Assembly: GCA_963716255.1 (NCBI GenBank)
Contig: OY970303.1
Coordinates: forward strand, 5,472,001 to 5,536,000
Source: an uncultured Gemmatimonadales bacterium
GTDB lineage: Bacteria > Gemmatimonadota > Gemmatimonadetes > Longimicrobiales > Longimicrobiaceae
Length of the DNA: 64,000 nucleotides
Direction: 5' to 3'
The position numbers and the translations under genes were made by a program. Numbering within the stretch: position 1 is the first letter of the stretch; every line of letters begins with the position of its first letter. Positions 1 through 11,357 of this stretch are shown here, one piece after another. The notes beneath the pieces are model-generated. The model saw nothing but the letters and a program-made list of their open reading frames with translations, searched no databases and was not told where the DNA came from.

Positions 1-167
1 AAGTGCGCCGCAAGGACGGCTCGTACATCCGCTTCGACGAGAACGCGGCCGTCATCATCAACAACGAGGGTGAGCCCCGCGCCACCCGCATCTTCGGCCC
101 GGTGGGCCGCGAGCTGCGCGAGCGCAAGTTCATGAAGATCGTCTCGCTTGCCCCGGAGGTGATCTGA
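1..167 (+). CDS. rplN: 50S ribosomal protein L14, C-terminal part (5' truncated by window)
   Basis: Frame from base 3 reads [54 protein letters not shown]; its TGA overlaps the rplX ATG. Confidence 0.97.
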   Translation, partial: VRRKDGSYIRFDENAAVIINNEGEPRATRIFGPVGRELRERKFMKIVSLAPEVI

Positions 168-493
168 TGGCCCGGCTCAAGATCCGCAAGGGCGACCGCG
201 TCAAGGTCATCAGCGGCAACCACCGCGGCCAGGAGGGCACCGTCCTCCGCGTCGAGCCCGACAAGAACCGCGTGGTCGTGCAGGGGATCAACCTGCGCAA
301 GCGGCACATGAAGCCGTCGCAGACCAGCCCCGAGGGCGGCATCGTCCAGTTCGAGGCGCCCATCCATGCGTCCAACGTGATGCTGGTGGACCCCTCCACG
401 GGCGAGCCCACGCGGGTGCGCGCGCAGGTGAACGCGGACGGCAGCAAGGACCGCGTCAGCGTGCACTCGGGCAAGGTGATCCCGCGCGCCTGA
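167..493 (+). CDS. rplX: 50S ribosomal protein L24
   Basis: KIRKGDRVKVISG KOW motif and EAPIHASNV; spc operon order. Confidence 0.97.
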   Translation: MARLKIRKGDRVKVISGNHRGQEGTVLRVEPDKNRVVVQGINLRKRHMKPSQTSPEGGIVQFEAPIHASNVMLVDPSTGEPTRVRAQVNADGSKDRVSVHSGKVIPRA

Positions 494-594
494 GCAGGAC
501 GGCGGGCTCCGCCGCGGAGCCCGCTCGACATACAGCGTGACCGCCCCGCAGGGCACGACGCCGCCGCGGGATACGGAACGCAGGAGATTCCAGA

Positions 595-1179
595 ATGGCC
601 AACGAGAACGGAAGCAAGCCGCGCCTGCAGCGGTATTACGAGGAGCAGGTCCGGGGACGCCTGCAGAGCGAGTTCGGCTTCAAGACCCCCATGCAGGTCC
701 CGAAGCTGGAGAAGGTCGTGATCAACGTCGGGATGGGCGAGGCGAACAAGAACCCCAAGCTCCTCGACGGCGTGACGGCCGAGCTCGGGCTGATCACCGG
801 GCAGAAGGCCGTGGTCACCCGCGCCAAGAAGGCGATCTCCAACTTCAGCCTGCGCGAGAACCAGCCGGTGGGTGCCTCGGTGACGCTCCGCCGCGAGCGC
901 ATGTACGAGTTCCTCGACCGCCTGATCAACGTGGCGATGCCGCGCATCCGCGACTTCCGCGGCGTGTCCACGCGCTCGTTCGACGGGCGCGGGAACTACA
1001 CCATGGGCGTCAAGGAGCAGCTCATCTTCCCGGAGATCGAGTACGACAAGGTCGAGCGGGTCCACGGCATGGACATCACCATCGTGACGTCCACCAGCCG
1101 GGACGACGAGGCCCTGGCGCTGCTTCGCGAGATGGGGATGCCGTTCCGGGGTGCCTCTCCGGTTCTGGTCCAGGCGTAA
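595..1179 (+). CDS. rplE: 50S ribosomal protein L5
   Basis: [39 protein letters not shown] motifs; AGGAGA RBS. Confidence 0.98.
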   Translation: MANENGSKPRLQRYYEEQVRGRLQSEFGFKTPMQVPKLEKVVINVGMGEANKNPKLLDGVTAELGLITGQKAVVTRAKKAISNFSLRENQPVGASVTLRRERMYEFLDRLINVAMPRIRDFRGVSTRSFDGRGNYTMGVKEQLIFPEIEYDKVERVHGMDITIVTSTSRDDEALALLREMGMPFRGASPVLVQA

Positions 1180-1200
1180 CTTTCAAATCGGCGAGACATC

Positions 1201-1386
1201 ATGGCACGCAAGGCCCTGATCGAGAAGGCGAACAGCAAGCCCAAGTACGGGGTGCGCGGCTACAACCGCTGCAACCGGTGCGGCCGCCCGCGGGCGTTCA
1301 TCCGCAAGTTCGGGCTGTGCCGCATCTGCTTCCGTGAGATGGCGCTCCGCGGGGAGATCCCCGGGGTGCGCAAGGCGAGCTGGTAG
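1201..1386 (+). CDS. rpsN: 30S ribosomal protein S14, short Zn-binding (type Z) form
   Basis: 61 aa with CNRC...CRIC and terminal GVRKASW. Confidence 0.97.
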   Translation: MARKALIEKANSKPKYGVRGYNRCNRCGRPRAFIRKFGLCRICFREMALRGEIPGVRKASW

Positions 1387-1519
1387 GCAGCGAGCCCGCT
1401 CCGGCGGGTCGACAGGGCGCCGCGACGGGAGGACCCCCGGTCTTCCCGAGCGCGCCCCAATTTTCCATTCACTTCCTACGAGTCCGGCATCCCGCCGGAT
1501 ACTATAGGAGAGGAGCTTC

Positions 1520-1912
1520 ATGGTGACGGATCCGATTGCGGACATGCTCACGCGCATCCGCAACGCCAACCTCGCGCGTCATCGCCGGGTTGACATCCCG
1601 GTCTCCCGGCTGAAGATCGAGCTCGCTCGGCTTCTCAAGGAGAACCACTACGTCCACGACTACAAGCTGCTGGACGACGGCAAGCGCCAGGTGCTGCGCC
1701 TGTACCTGAAGTACTTCCAGGACAAGCCGGTCATCCGCGAGCTGCGCCGCGTCTCCAAGCCGGGGCTCCGCAAGTACGTGGGCGTCGGGGAGATCCCGCG
1801 CGTGCGCAACGGCCTGGGCATGGCCGTGCTTTCCACCTCGCGCGGCGTGATGACCGACAGCGAGGCGCGTGCCGCCAAGGTGGGTGGCGAGCTTCTCGCC
1901 ATCGTCTGGTAA
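1520..1912 (+). CDS. rpsH: 30S ribosomal protein S8
   Basis: TDPIADMLTRIRNA, SKPGLRKY, LSTSRGVMT, GGELLAIVW. Confidence 0.98.
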   Translation: MVTDPIADMLTRIRNANLARHRRVDIPVSRLKIELARLLKENHYVHDYKLLDDGKRQVLRLYLKYFQDKPVIRELRRVSKPGLRKYVGVGEIPRVRNGLGMAVLSTSRGVMTDSEARAAKVGGELLAIVW

Positions 1913-1923
1913 GGAGATCTACG

Positions 1924-2463
1924 ATGTCGCGAATCGGAAGAAGGCCCATCCCGGTCCCGGCCGGCGTGGACGTGGTCCTCGACGGGAGCAGCATCCGCGT
2001 GAAGGGCCCCAAGGGTGAGCTCGCCCGCACCCTGAACAACAAGGTCGTGGTCCGCCGCGAGGCCGACGAGATCCTGGTGGAGCGCCCGTCCGACAGCCCC
2101 GAGCACCGCTCGCTGCACGGCCTGACGCGCACCCTCGTCGCCAACATGATCGACGGGGTGACCACCGGCTTCAAGAAGACGCTGGAGATCGTGGGCGTCG
2201 GGTACCGCGCCGAGAACAAGCCCTTCGGGCTGACGCTGGCGCTGGGCTACTCGCACCCGATCGACTACAAGGCCCCGGAGGGGATCGAGCTCCGCGCCGT
2301 CAATCCGACCACGGTCGAGGTGACGGGGGCAAACAAGGAGGTCGTCGGACAGGTCGCGGCCGAGATCCGGTCGCTCCGGCCGCCCGAGCCGTACAAGGGC
2401 AAGGGCGTGAAGTACCAAGGCGAGGTGATCCGCCGCAAGGCCGGCAAGGCCGGCGGGAAGTAA
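1924..2463 (+). CDS. rplF: 50S ribosomal protein L6
   Basis: MSRIGRRPI, GVGYRA, RPPEPYKGKGVKY. Confidence 0.98.
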   Translation: MSRIGRRPIPVPAGVDVVLDGSSIRVKGPKGELARTLNNKVVVRREADEILVERPSDSPEHRSLHGLTRTLVANMIDGVTTGFKKTLEIVGVGYRAENKPFGLTLALGYSHPIDYKAPEGIELRAVNPTTVEVTGANKEVVGQVAAEIRSLRPPEPYKGKGVKYQGEVIRRKAGKAGGK

Positions 2464-2516
2464 TCCCGCCGGTTCGCGCGCGGGTCATCGTATAGTCACA
2501 CTTACGGAACCGATCG

Positions 2517-2897
2517 ATGGCAAGGACAAAGATCAAGACGCGCCGGGACCGCCGCCTGCGGCGGCACCGCCGCGTTCGCGGCAAGGTGAACGGCACGGGC
2601 GAGCGTCCGCGGCTGGTCGTCTACCGCTCGCTCAACCACCTCGAGGGGCAGGTGGTGGACGACGTCCAGGGCAGGACCCTGGTCGGCCTGTCCACCCTCG
2701 CCCCGGCCATCCGCGAGCGCAAGGCCGCGGAGGGGCTGACCAAGACCGACCTTAGCCGGGCCGCCGGGAAGGCGCTCGCCGAGAAGGCCCGCGAGATGGG
2801 GATCACCAGCGTGGTCTTCGATCGCGGCGGCTACCTGTATCACGGCCGCGTCAAGGCCTTCGCGGAGGGCGCCCGCGAGGGCGGCCTCGAGTTCTAG
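2517..2897 (+). CDS. rplR: 50S ribosomal protein L18
   Basis: [37 protein letters not shown]. Confidence 0.98.
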   Translation: MARTKIKTRRDRRLRRHRRVRGKVNGTGERPRLVVYRSLNHLEGQVVDDVQGRTLVGLSTLAPAIRERKAAEGLTKTDLSRAAGKALAEKAREMGITSVVFDRGGYLYHGRVKAFAEGAREGGLEF

Positions 2898-2907
2898 GAG
2901 GAACAAC

Positions 2908-3603
2908 ATGGCTGAGAACAGGCAGGGCGGCGGCGGTGGCGGTGGTGGTCGCGGCGGGCGGGGCGGCCCGGGTGCCGGGCGTGGCCCCGGCGGCGGTCCG
3001 GGCGGCTTCGGTGGCGGCGACCGTGGTCGCAGCGGCCAGGGCGGCGAGGGACGCGGGCGCGGCGGCGAGGGCCGTGGCGGCGACCGCGGCGGGCGCGGCG
3101 GCCAGGGCGGGCGCGAGTCCGACCTCAAGGAGAACGTGATCCACATCAACCGCGTCGCCAAGGTCGTCAAGGGCGGGCGCCGCTTCTCCTTCACCGCGCT
3201 CGTCGCCGTCGGCGACCAGCAGGGCAAGGTGGGGATCGGCACTGGCAAGGCGAACGAGGTGTCCGAGGCGGTTCGCAAGGCGATCGACTCGGCGCGGCGC
3301 GCCATGGTCACCGTGCCGGTGATCAAGGGGACGCTCCCGCACGAGATCGTCGGCCATGCCGGCGCGGGCAAGGTCCTCCTCCGTCCGGCGACCCCGGGCA
3401 CCGGCGTCATCGCCGGCGGCGCGGTGCGCGCGGTGCTGGAGTGCGTGGGGATCCACGACATCCTCACCAAGAGCCTCGGGTCCAACAACCCGTTCAACAT
3501 GGTCCACGCGACCATGGACGCGCTCACCCACCTCACCACCCGGGAGCAGATCGCGATGGAGCGCGGCATCCCGGTGGAAGCGCTGGGAGGTGCCCGTGGC
3601 TAA
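2908..3603 (+). CDS. rpsE: 30S ribosomal protein S5 with a long Gly/Arg-rich N-terminal extension
   Basis: [41 protein letters not shown] before the ATG. Confidence 0.97.
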   Translation: MAENRQGGGGGGGGRGGRGGPGAGRGPGGGPGGFGGGDRGRSGQGGEGRGRGGEGRGGDRGGRGGQGGRESDLKENVIHINRVAKVVKGGRRFSFTALVAVGDQQGKVGIGTGKANEVSEAVRKAIDSARRAMVTVPVIKGTLPHEIVGHAGAGKVLLRPATPGTGVIAGGAVRAVLECVGIHDILTKSLGSNNPFNMVHATMDALTHLTTREQIAMERGIPVEALGGARG

Positions 3604-3793
3604 GATCCAGATCACGCAGGTCAAGAGCGGCCTGGGCGCTCCGGAGAAGCACCGGAACACCCTCAAGGCGCTCGGGCTCAGACATCAGCGTTCGGTGGTG
3701 CAGGAGGACAACCCCGCGATCCGCGGGATGGTCTTCCAGGTTCGCCACCTCGTCAAGGTGACCGAAGTGGAAGGGCAGGAGACCAATGGCTGA
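3596..3793 (+). CDS. rpmD: 50S ribosomal protein L30
   Basis: GTG start after [15 protein letters not shown]...TLKALGL...[18 protein letters not shown]. Confidence 0.95.
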   Translation: MAKIQITQVKSGLGAPEKHRNTLKALGLRHQRSVVQEDNPAIRGMVFQVRHLVKVTEVEGQETNG

Positions 3794-4238
3794 TCTGCAC
3801 AACCTCCCGCGGCCCGAGGGGTCGCACCGGAACCGGAAGCGCATCGGGCGCGGCCCCGGCTCCGGCACCGGCAAGACGTCCGGCTTCGGCCACAAGGGCT
3901 CCAAGGCCCGCGCTGGCCACCACGGCCCTGGCGGCAGCAAGCCGGCTTTCGAGGGCGGCCAGATGCCGCTCCAGCGCCGGCTTCCCAAGCGCGGCTTCCG
4001 CCCGCTGGACCGCGTCGAGTACCAGGTGGTCAACCTGTACCAGCTGGAGGACAGCGGCGAGACCGACTTCACCCCCGAGCTCCTCAAGGAGCGCGGGCTG
4101 ATCGGGCACGCGCGCCGTCCGGTCAAGGTCCTGGGCACCGGCGACCTGACCCGCAAGATCACCATCTCCGCGCACGCGTTCAGCAAGACCGCGCGCGAGA
4201 AGATCGAGGGTCTGGGCGGCCAGGTCCAGGAGATCTGA
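3786..4238 (+). CDS. rplO: 50S ribosomal protein L15
   Basis: [37 protein letters not shown]. Confidence 0.98.
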   Translation: MADLHNLPRPEGSHRNRKRIGRGPGSGTGKTSGFGHKGSKARAGHHGPGGSKPAFEGGQMPLQRRLPKRGFRPLDRVEYQVVNLYQLEDSGETDFTPELLKERGLIGHARRPVKVLGTGDLTRKITISAHAFSKTAREKIEGLGGQVQEI

Positions 4239-4240
4239 CC

Positions 4241-5560
4241 ATGGCGAATCCCGTCGCGACCCTGTTCCGGATCCCGGAGGTGAAGGACAAGATCCTCTTC
4301 ACCCTCCTGGCTCTGCTGATCTACCGCATCGGCGCCCACATCGCCGCTCCCGGCATCGACGTGGAGGCGCTCCGGGCGTTTACGGGCCAGTTGCAGGGGA
4401 CGGTGTTCGGGATTTACGACATGTTCGTCGGGGGTGGGCTCTCCAAGGCCACGGTGTTCGCCCTCGGCATCATGCCCTACATCTCGGCCAGCATCATGTT
4501 TCAGCTGCTGGCCGCGGTGTTCCCGACCATCGAGAAGATGCAGAAGGAGGGGGAGGAGGGGCGGAAGAAGCTCACGCAGTACACGCGCTACGCCACCGTC
4601 GCCCTTTCGGTCGTCCAGGCGTACGGGTACGCCCTGTTCCTGGAAGGGATCCCGGGGGCGGTGGTCGACCCCGGCTTCGGCTTCAAGCTGACGATGATCC
4701 TCACCCTGTGCACGGGTGCGGTGTTCATCATGTGGCTGGGGGAGCAGATCACCGAGCGCGGCATCGGCAACGGGATGAGCCTGCTCATCTTCTTTTCCAT
4801 CATCGAGAGCGTTCCCACCGCGCTGTACGAGACCTTCCGGCTGGTGCAGCTCGACGAAGTCTCGGTGGTGTCGCTGCTCATGCTGGTGGTGGTGATGCTG
4901 GTGGTGATCGCGGCCACGGTCGCGGTCACGCTTGCGGCCCGGAAGATCCCGGTGCAGATCCCGCGCAAGGTTATGGGCAAGGGGCGGATCCGCGAGGGGC
5001 AGAAGTCGTTCGTGCCGCTGCGGATCAACTCCGCGGGCGTGATGCCGATCATCTTCGCGCAGTCGATCGTGATCGTGCCCAGCACGCTCCAGCAGTTCTC
5101 GCAGAACGAGTACATCCGCACGTTCTCGGGGTGGTTCCAGTTCGGCACCTGGCCGTACGAGCTCACCTTCGGGCTGCTGATCATCTTCTTCACGTACTTC
5201 TACACGGCGATCATCTTCAACCCGGTCGACCTGGCGGAGAACCTGAAGAAGCAGGGTGCGTTCGTCCCGGGCGTGAAGCCCGGCGCCCGCACCGCGGAGT
5301 ACATCGACCGCGTGCTGACCCGGATCACGCTCCCGGGCGCGGTCTTCCTGGCGGCGATCGCGATCATCCCGGGCCTGGTCCTCAACTCGGTGGGCGTCCC
5401 CTTCCTGGGGCGCGTGCTGGGCGGGACCGGCGTGCTGATCATGGTGGGCGTCGCGCTGGACACCGTCCAGCAGATGCAGCAGCACCTCCTCCTGCGCCGC
5501 TACGACGGCTTCATGCGCAAGGGCCGGGTGAAGCTGCGCGGCCGCACCCGCTTCACCTGA
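4241..5560 (+). CDS. secY: Preprotein translocase subunit SecY
   Basis: [52 protein letters not shown]; many hydrophobic segments. Confidence 0.98.
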   Translation: MANPVATLFRIPEVKDKILFTLLALLIYRIGAHIAAPGIDVEALRAFTGQLQGTVFGIYDMFVGGGLSKATVFALGIMPYISASIMFQLLAAVFPTIEKMQKEGEEGRKKLTQYTRYATVALSVVQAYGYALFLEGIPGAVVDPGFGFKLTMILTLCTGAVFIMWLGEQITERGIGNGMSLLIFFSIIESVPTALYETFRLVQLDEVSVVSLLMLVVVMLVVIAATVAVTLAARKIPVQIPRKVMGKGRIREGQKSFVPLRINSAGVMPIIFAQSIVIVPSTLQQFSQNEYIRTFSGWFQFGTWPYELTFGLLIIFFTYFYTAIIFNPVDLAENLKKQGAFVPGVKPGARTAEYIDRVLTRITLPGAVFLAAIAIIPGLVLNSVGVPFLGRVLGGTGVLIMVGVALDTVQQMQQHLLLRRYDGFMRKGRVKLRGRTRFT

Positions 5561-5568
5561 GCGGCAAC

Positions 5569-6219
5569 ATGGACCTGATCCTGTTGGGCGCCCCCGGGGC
5601 GGGGAAGGGAACGCAGGGGGCGCTCCTGGCGGAGAAGCTGGGGATCCCCAAGATCGCCACCGGCGACATGCTCCGCGACGCGGTGCGCCAGGGCACGCCC
5701 CTGGGGCTGGAGGCGAAGCGCTACATGGACGCCGGGGAGCTGGTCCCCGACGAGGTGATCCTGGGGATGGTGCGCGAGCGCCTTTCCCAGGAGGACGCGT
5801 CGGGGGGCGCCATCTTCGACGGCTACCCGCGCAACGCGGCGCAGGCCGAGAGCCTGGGACGGATGCTCGCGGAGCTGGGGCGCGGCATAGACGCGGTGGT
5901 CTCGATCGACGTCGCGGAGGACGCCATCGTCCAGCGCATGTCGGGCCGCCGCACCGACCCGGAGACCGGGCGCGTGTACCACGTGGTGCACAACCCGGCC
6001 CCGGCGGAGGTGCAGGGCCGGCTGGTGCAGCGCGACGACGACCGTGAAGAAACGGTCCGGCACCGCCTCCAGGTGTACCGGACCACCACCGAGCCGCTGG
6101 TCGCGTTCTACCGCGAGTCGGGGGTCCCGCTCCATGCCGTCGACGGCGACAGGCCGATCGAGCAGGTGCAGGGCGAGATCCTGGAGCTGCTCGGAAAGGA
6201 CGCTTCCGCGCGCCCGTAA
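5569..6219 (+). CDS. adk: Adenylate kinase
   Basis: [15 protein letters not shown]-loop, TGDMLR, FDGYPRN, QRDDD. Confidence 0.97.
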   Translation: MDLILLGAPGAGKGTQGALLAEKLGIPKIATGDMLRDAVRQGTPLGLEAKRYMDAGELVPDEVILGMVRERLSQEDASGGAIFDGYPRNAAQAESLGRMLAELGRGIDAVVSIDVAEDAIVQRMSGRRTDPETGRVYHVVHNPAPAEVQGRLVQRDDDREETVRHRLQVYRTTTEPLVAFYRESGVPLHAVDGDRPIEQVQGEILELLGKDASARP

Positions 6220-6231
6220 CTCCCCACGGGG

Positions 6232-6260
6232 TTGCGGGATCGCGGAAGTCAAGGTACATT
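6232..6260 (+). promoter_or_regulatory. Putative sigma70 promoter upstream of rpmJ and the alpha operon
   Basis: TTGCGG-N17-TACATT in an AT-richer spacer. Confidence 0.45.
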
Positions 6261-6297
6261 TCAAGGCTCCAGTTTAATCACGACCAGAGAGGCGACG

Positions 6298-6414
6298 ATG
6301 AAGGTCCGCGCGAGTGTGAAGCCGATCTGTGAGCACTGCAAGGTGATCCGGCGGCGTGGCGTTGTTCGCATCATCTGCAAGAAGAACCCGCGCCACAAGC
6401 AGCGCCAGGGTTAA
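6298..6414 (+). CDS. rpmJ: 50S ribosomal protein L36
   Basis: [38 protein letters not shown]. Confidence 0.98.
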   Translation: MKVRASVKPICEHCKVIRRRGVVRIICKKNPRHKQRQG

Positions 6415-6444
6415 TCCACAGGTCCGGCACTTTCAGGAGGCACG

Positions 6445-6825
6445 ATGGCTCGTATCGCCGGGGTCGACCTTCCGCGCGAGAAGCGGATCGAGATCGGCCT
6501 GACGTACATCTTCGGGATCGGCCGCCCGACGTCGCAGAAGATCCTCGCCGAGGCGGGCGTGAACCGGGACACCCGGGTGCACGCGCTGAGCGACGAGGAG
6601 GTCAACCGTCTGCGCCGCGTCATCGACACCACCATTCGGGTGGAGGGCGCGCTTCGATCGGAGATCGCCCGGAACATCAAGCGGCTGATGGACATCGGTT
6701 CGTACCGCGGGCTCCGCCACCGCCGGGGTCTCCCCGTCCGCGGGCAGCGCACGCACACCAACGCCCGGACCAAGAAGGGTCCGCGCCGCGCGATCGCCGG
6801 GAAGAAGAAGCCCGGGAAGAAGTAA
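6445..6825 (+). CDS. rpsM: 30S ribosomal protein S13
   Basis: [33 protein letters not shown]. Confidence 0.98.
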   Translation: MARIAGVDLPREKRIEIGLTYIFGIGRPTSQKILAEAGVNRDTRVHALSDEEVNRLRRVIDTTIRVEGALRSEIARNIKRLMDIGSYRGLRHRRGLPVRGQRTHTNARTKKGPRRAIAGKKKPGKK

Positions 6826-6939
6826 GCTGCGGCAGGCGTGGGGCCGGACGATGTGTCCGGCGATCACCCCGCCGGGAACCGGCGGGGAGCAGCACCGGAA
6901 TCGCGGTAGGCCGCGGATCACACACAAGGAAACGAGCGA

Positions 6940-7332
6940 ATGGCGAAGCCGAAGCAGGGCGCCCGTCCCAAGACGAAGCGCCACGTAGAGAGCGAAGGGG
7001 TCGCGCACGTCAAGGCGACCTTCAACAACACGATCGTCAACATCACCGACATGGCGGGCAACGCCGTCGTGTGGGGGAGCGCCGGGAAGGCGGGGTTCAA
7101 GGGCTCCAAGAAGTCCACTCCCTTCGCCGCGACCGTGGCCGCCGAGCAGGCCGCCAAGGAGGCGCTGAACCTGGGCGTGCGCCGCGTGCACGTGTACGTG
7201 CAGGGGCCGGGCTCCGGGCGCGAGTCGGCGATCCAGGCTCTGGCCGCCGCCGGTCTGCAGATCCGCTCGATCCGCGACGTGACGCCGATCCCGCACAACG
7301 GCTGCCGGCCTCCGAAGAAGCGCCGCGTGTAA
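6940..7332 (+). CDS. rpsK: 30S ribosomal protein S11
   Basis: [39 protein letters not shown]. Confidence 0.98.
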   Translation: MAKPKQGARPKTKRHVESEGVAHVKATFNNTIVNITDMAGNAVVWGSAGKAGFKGSKKSTPFAATVAAEQAAKEALNLGVRRVHVYVQGPGSGRESAIQALAAAGLQIRSIRDVTPIPHNGCRPPKKRRV

Positions 7333-7333
7333 G

Positions 7334-7426
7334 AAGGACAGGTTACAGGGACGAGGGAACAGGGGACAGCCAGCGGACGGCCTCGTGCCTGCCGGCTGTT
7401 CCCTGTAACCTGTTCCCTGTTCCCTG
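7334..7426. repeat. Inverted pair of 7-nt tandem repeat arrays (heptamer hairpin)
   Basis: Left arm AAGGACA GGTTACA GGGACGA GGGAACA GGGGACA; right arm CTGTTCC CTGTAAC CTGTTCC CTGTTCC CTG. Confidence 0.8.
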
Positions 7427-7501
7427 CTGTTGATGGCGTAAACCTCCGCGACCGTCGGGGGGACGAAGCCGAGAAAAATCCTATCCAGGAGAACACGGTT
7501 C

Positions 7502-8137
7502 ATGGCCCGTTACACCGGACCCGTCTGCAAGCTGTGCCGCCGCGAGGGGCAGAAGCTGTTCCTCAAGGGCACCAAGTGCTTCACCGAGAAGTGCCCGATC
7601 GAGCGCCGTCCGTACGCCCCCGGGCAGCACGGACAGGCCGCCTCCCGCCGCCGCAAGGCGTCGGAGTACGCGCACCAGCTTCGCGAGAAGCAGAAGGTGA
7701 AGCGCATCTACGGCGTCTCGGAGAAGCCGTTCCGCACGCTCTTCGAGAAGGCCGCACACCAGCCCGGCATCACCGGCGAGAACCTCCTGGTGGCGCTCGA
7801 GAGCCGTCTCGACAACATCGTGTACCGGATGGGCTTCGGCTCCTCCCGCAAGGAGGCCCGGCAGATCATCCGCCACCGCCACGTGCAGGTGAACGGTCGC
7901 CTGGTGGACATTCCGAGCTTCCAGGTGGAGCCCGGCGACGAAGTGCGCATCGCGCCCAAGAGCAAGGACATCCTCCCGGTGCAGGCCTCGCTTGCCGCCA
8001 AGACCAAGCCGAGCACGGTGGGCTGGCTGGCGGTGGACGAGGGGACGCGCACCGGCCGGATGGTGGGCCGTCCGACCCGCGCGGACATCCCGCTCGCTGT
8101 TCAGGAGCAGTTGATCGTCGAGCTCTACAGCAAGTAA
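7502..8137 (+). CDS. rpsD: 30S ribosomal protein S4
   Basis: MARYTGPVCKLCRREG, LESRLDNIVYRMGF, EQLIVELYSK. Confidence 0.98.
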   Translation: MARYTGPVCKLCRREGQKLFLKGTKCFTEKCPIERRPYAPGQHGQAASRRRKASEYAHQLREKQKVKRIYGVSEKPFRTLFEKAAHQPGITGENLLVALESRLDNIVYRMGFGSSRKEARQIIRHRHVQVNGRLVDIPSFQVEPGDEVRIAPKSKDILPVQASLAAKTKPSTVGWLAVDEGTRTGRMVGRPTRADIPLAVQEQLIVELYSK

Positions 8138-8223
8138 GCTGAAGACCGGATCGGCGGCGGGGGCAACGGGCCCTCGCCGCTCGGTCCGTCTTGTGCATCC
8201 CGAACTTATCCCGGAGGGATATA

Positions 8224-9327
8224 GTGGAACTCGATCTTACCGGCCTTCAGATGCCGGGACTGCCGGAGCAGCCGCGGACAGGGCAGATCGTACTTCGGCC
8301 GCTGGAGCGGGGCTTCGGCCACACGCTCGGCAACACCATGCGCCGCATCCTGCTGTCCAGCCTGCGCGGCGCCGCCGTCTGGGCGTTCCGCGCGGACGGC
8401 GTGCTCCACGAGCACCAGACCATCGGCGGCGTGGTGGAGGACGTTCACCAGGTCATCCGCAACCTCAAGTCGCTCGTCCTGCGCATGGACGAGGACGTGG
8501 AGGAGGCGGTGCTGGAGCTGCGGGCCAACGAGGCGGGCGCCGTGACGGCGCGCAACATCCGCGGCCACGCTTCGGTCCAGGTGATCAACCCCGACCACCA
8601 CATCCTCGAGCTGCAGGACGACCGTGACCTGCGCATCGAGCTTTACGTGAACAAGGGCCGCGGCTTCGTGCTCGCGGAGCAGCACGCGGTCCCGCGCGGC
8701 ATGCCGGCGGACCTGGTCCGCGTGGACGCGATCTACAACCCGGTGACGCGCGCCAACTTCGTGGTCGAGGAGACCCGCGTGGGCCAGCGCACCGACTTCG
8801 ACCGCCTGGTCCTGGACCTGGAGACCAACGGGGCGATCGAGGTGCGGGCCGCGGTGCAGTACGCCGCGCGCCTGGCCATCGAGCACCTGAGCTTCCTGGC
8901 CGGCGGCCGCCCCGAGTGGTCGGAGAGCCGGCAGTGGGGCTCGGACGGCAGCGGCGCGATCGCCACCGGCGCGGACGGACGGGCTGCTGTGCCCGTGCGC
9001 ATCCGCGACCTCCTCAGCCGTCCCATCGAGGACCTGACGGAGCTGAGCGTCCGCAGCCGCAACTCGCTCCAGAAGGAGAACATCCAGACGGTGCGGGACC
9101 TGGTGCAGCGGACCGAGGCGCAGATGCTGGGGATCGACAACTTCGGCAAGAAGTCGCTGCAGGAGATCAACGAGTTCCTGCTGGGACAGGGCCTCCGCTT
9201 CGGCATTCAGTTCGAGGAGGGGGAGGACGGCTCTCTGTGGTGGGCGACCGAGCAGCCCGGCGGCTCCGCCGAAGAGATTCAGGGTGGCGGAGACGAGCAG
9301 ACCGAAACGGATTCCGAAAGGGAGTAG
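8224..9327 (+). CDS. rpoA: DNA-directed RNA polymerase subunit alpha
   Basis: [47 protein letters not shown]...[13 protein letters not shown] start chosen after GGAGG. Confidence 0.95.
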   Translation: MELDLTGLQMPGLPEQPRTGQIVLRPLERGFGHTLGNTMRRILLSSLRGAAVWAFRADGVLHEHQTIGGVVEDVHQVIRNLKSLVLRMDEDVEEAVLELRANEAGAVTARNIRGHASVQVINPDHHILELQDDRDLRIELYVNKGRGFVLAEQHAVPRGMPADLVRVDAIYNPVTRANFVVEETRVGQRTDFDRLVLDLETNGAIEVRAAVQYAARLAIEHLSFLAGGRPEWSESRQWGSDGSGAIATGADGRAAVPVRIRDLLSRPIEDLTELSVRSRNSLQKENIQTVRDLVQRTEAQMLGIDNFGKKSLQEINEFLLGQGLRFGIQFEEGEDGSLWWATEQPGGSAEEIQGGGDEQTETDSERE

Positions 9328-9332
9328 TTCAT

Positions 9333-9692
9333 ATGCGTCATGCCAACAGGGGCCGCAAGCTCGGCCGCACCGCGGAGCACCGTGAGGCGCTGCTTCGCAA
9401 TATGGCGATCAGCCTCTTCCGGCACGGCCGGATCAACACCACGACCGAGAAGGCCAAGGAGCTGCGTCCCTTCGCCGAGCGCCTGATCACGCTCGCGAAG
9501 CGCGGCGACCTTCACGCCCGCCGCCTCGCCGCCCGCGACATCGCGGACCGGGACGTGCTGGTGCAGCTCTTCGACGCCATCGGCCCCCGCTTCGCGGAGC
9601 GGCCGGGCGGGTACACCCGCGTGCTCAAGCTGGGCCACCGCCGCGGCGACGGCGCGGAGCTGGCGCTGATCGAGCTGGTGGACCGCGGCTGA
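9333..9692 (+). CDS. rplQ: 50S ribosomal protein L17
   Basis: [45 protein letters not shown]. Confidence 0.98.
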   Translation: MRHANRGRKLGRTAEHREALLRNMAISLFRHGRINTTTEKAKELRPFAERLITLAKRGDLHARRLAARDIADRDVLVQLFDAIGPRFAERPGGYTRVLKLGHRRGDGAELALIELVDRG

Positions 9693-9713
9693 GAAACCGA
9701 GGTCAGGCACAAC

Positions 9714-9752
9714 ACGACGGCCGGACCCCCAAGGGTCCGGCCGTCGTCTTTT
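9714..9752 (+). terminator. Intrinsic terminator of the alpha operon
   Basis: 15-bp perfect stem ACGACGGCCGGACCC/GGGTCCGGCCGTCGT followed by CTTTT. Confidence 0.85.
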
Positions 9753-9764
9753 GCAGTCGCAGTT

Positions 9765-9909
9765 GCATGAGGGATTACGGCCCGAAGGGGCGAGACCCGG
9801 CGAGGCTGTTTTCGCCGGGGCTCGACTCCGTTAAGCAGCGTTTTTTGCTGCTTTACGGAGCCGAAGCCCGACCCCGGCGCCAGCCGGGGGCATGCCCGAA
9901 CCCGCCGTT
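9765..9909 (+). repeat. Structured ~130-bp dispersed element, copy 1
   Basis: GCATGAGGGATTACGGCCCGAAGGGGCGAGA...GCCGAAGCCCGACCCCGGCGCCAGCCGGGGGCATGCCC; aligns with six other intergenic copies. Confidence 0.92.
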
Positions 9910-9924
9910 CAGCCTTTGCAGTCC

Positions 9925-9964
9925 AAAAGAAAGAGGGGCCGCGTGACGAATCACACGGCCCCTC
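9925..9964 (-). terminator. Intrinsic terminator downstream of rpmB
   Basis: Minus strand reads GAGGGGCCGTGTGA-TTCG-TCACGCGGCCCCTC-TTTCTTTT. Confidence 0.85.
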
Positions 9965-9988
9965 GAATCTCAAACCACCTCGAACCGC

Positions 9989-10183
9989 TCACCCCGCCTT
10001 GCGGATCTTCCCGGCGGAGATGCAGCTGGTGCAGACGCGGAGCCGCTTGCGGGTCCCGTTCGCGGTGACCACGTGGGCGCTCTGCAGGTTGGGCAGCCAG
10101 CGCCGCTTGGTCTTGTTGTTCGCGTGGCTGACGTTGTTCCCGCTGCGCGGGCCCTTGCCACAAACGGCGCAGAAGCCGCTCAT
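9989..10183 (-). CDS. rpmB: 50S ribosomal protein L28
   Basis: [30 protein letters not shown]...VCTSC. Confidence 0.97.
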   Translation of the reverse strand: MSGFCAVCGKGPRSGNNVSHANNKTKRRWLPNLQSAHVVTANGTRKRLRVCTSCISAGKIRKAG

Positions 10184-10228
10184 CGGTATCTCCTGAAAAT
10201 CGTGGGGCGACTGTACGACAAGACCTTA

Positions 10229-10257
10229 AATCTAGACGCGTGCTCCGCTCCGGTCAA
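10229..10257 (-). promoter_or_regulatory. Putative sigma70 promoter of rpmB
   Basis: Minus strand TTGACC-N17-TAGATT. Confidence 0.55.
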
Positions 10258-10280
10258 GCCTTGCCCGGCGTGGATTCGCG

Positions 10281-11353
<1,073 letters not shown>

Positions 11354-11357
11354 GGGC

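Noticed and set aside
494..594. Hairpins in spc-operon spacers (after rplX and after rpsN)
   Set aside because: They are short GC-rich stems with no U-tract, repetition or covariation evidence, and cannot be told apart from chance or ordinary mRNA structure.
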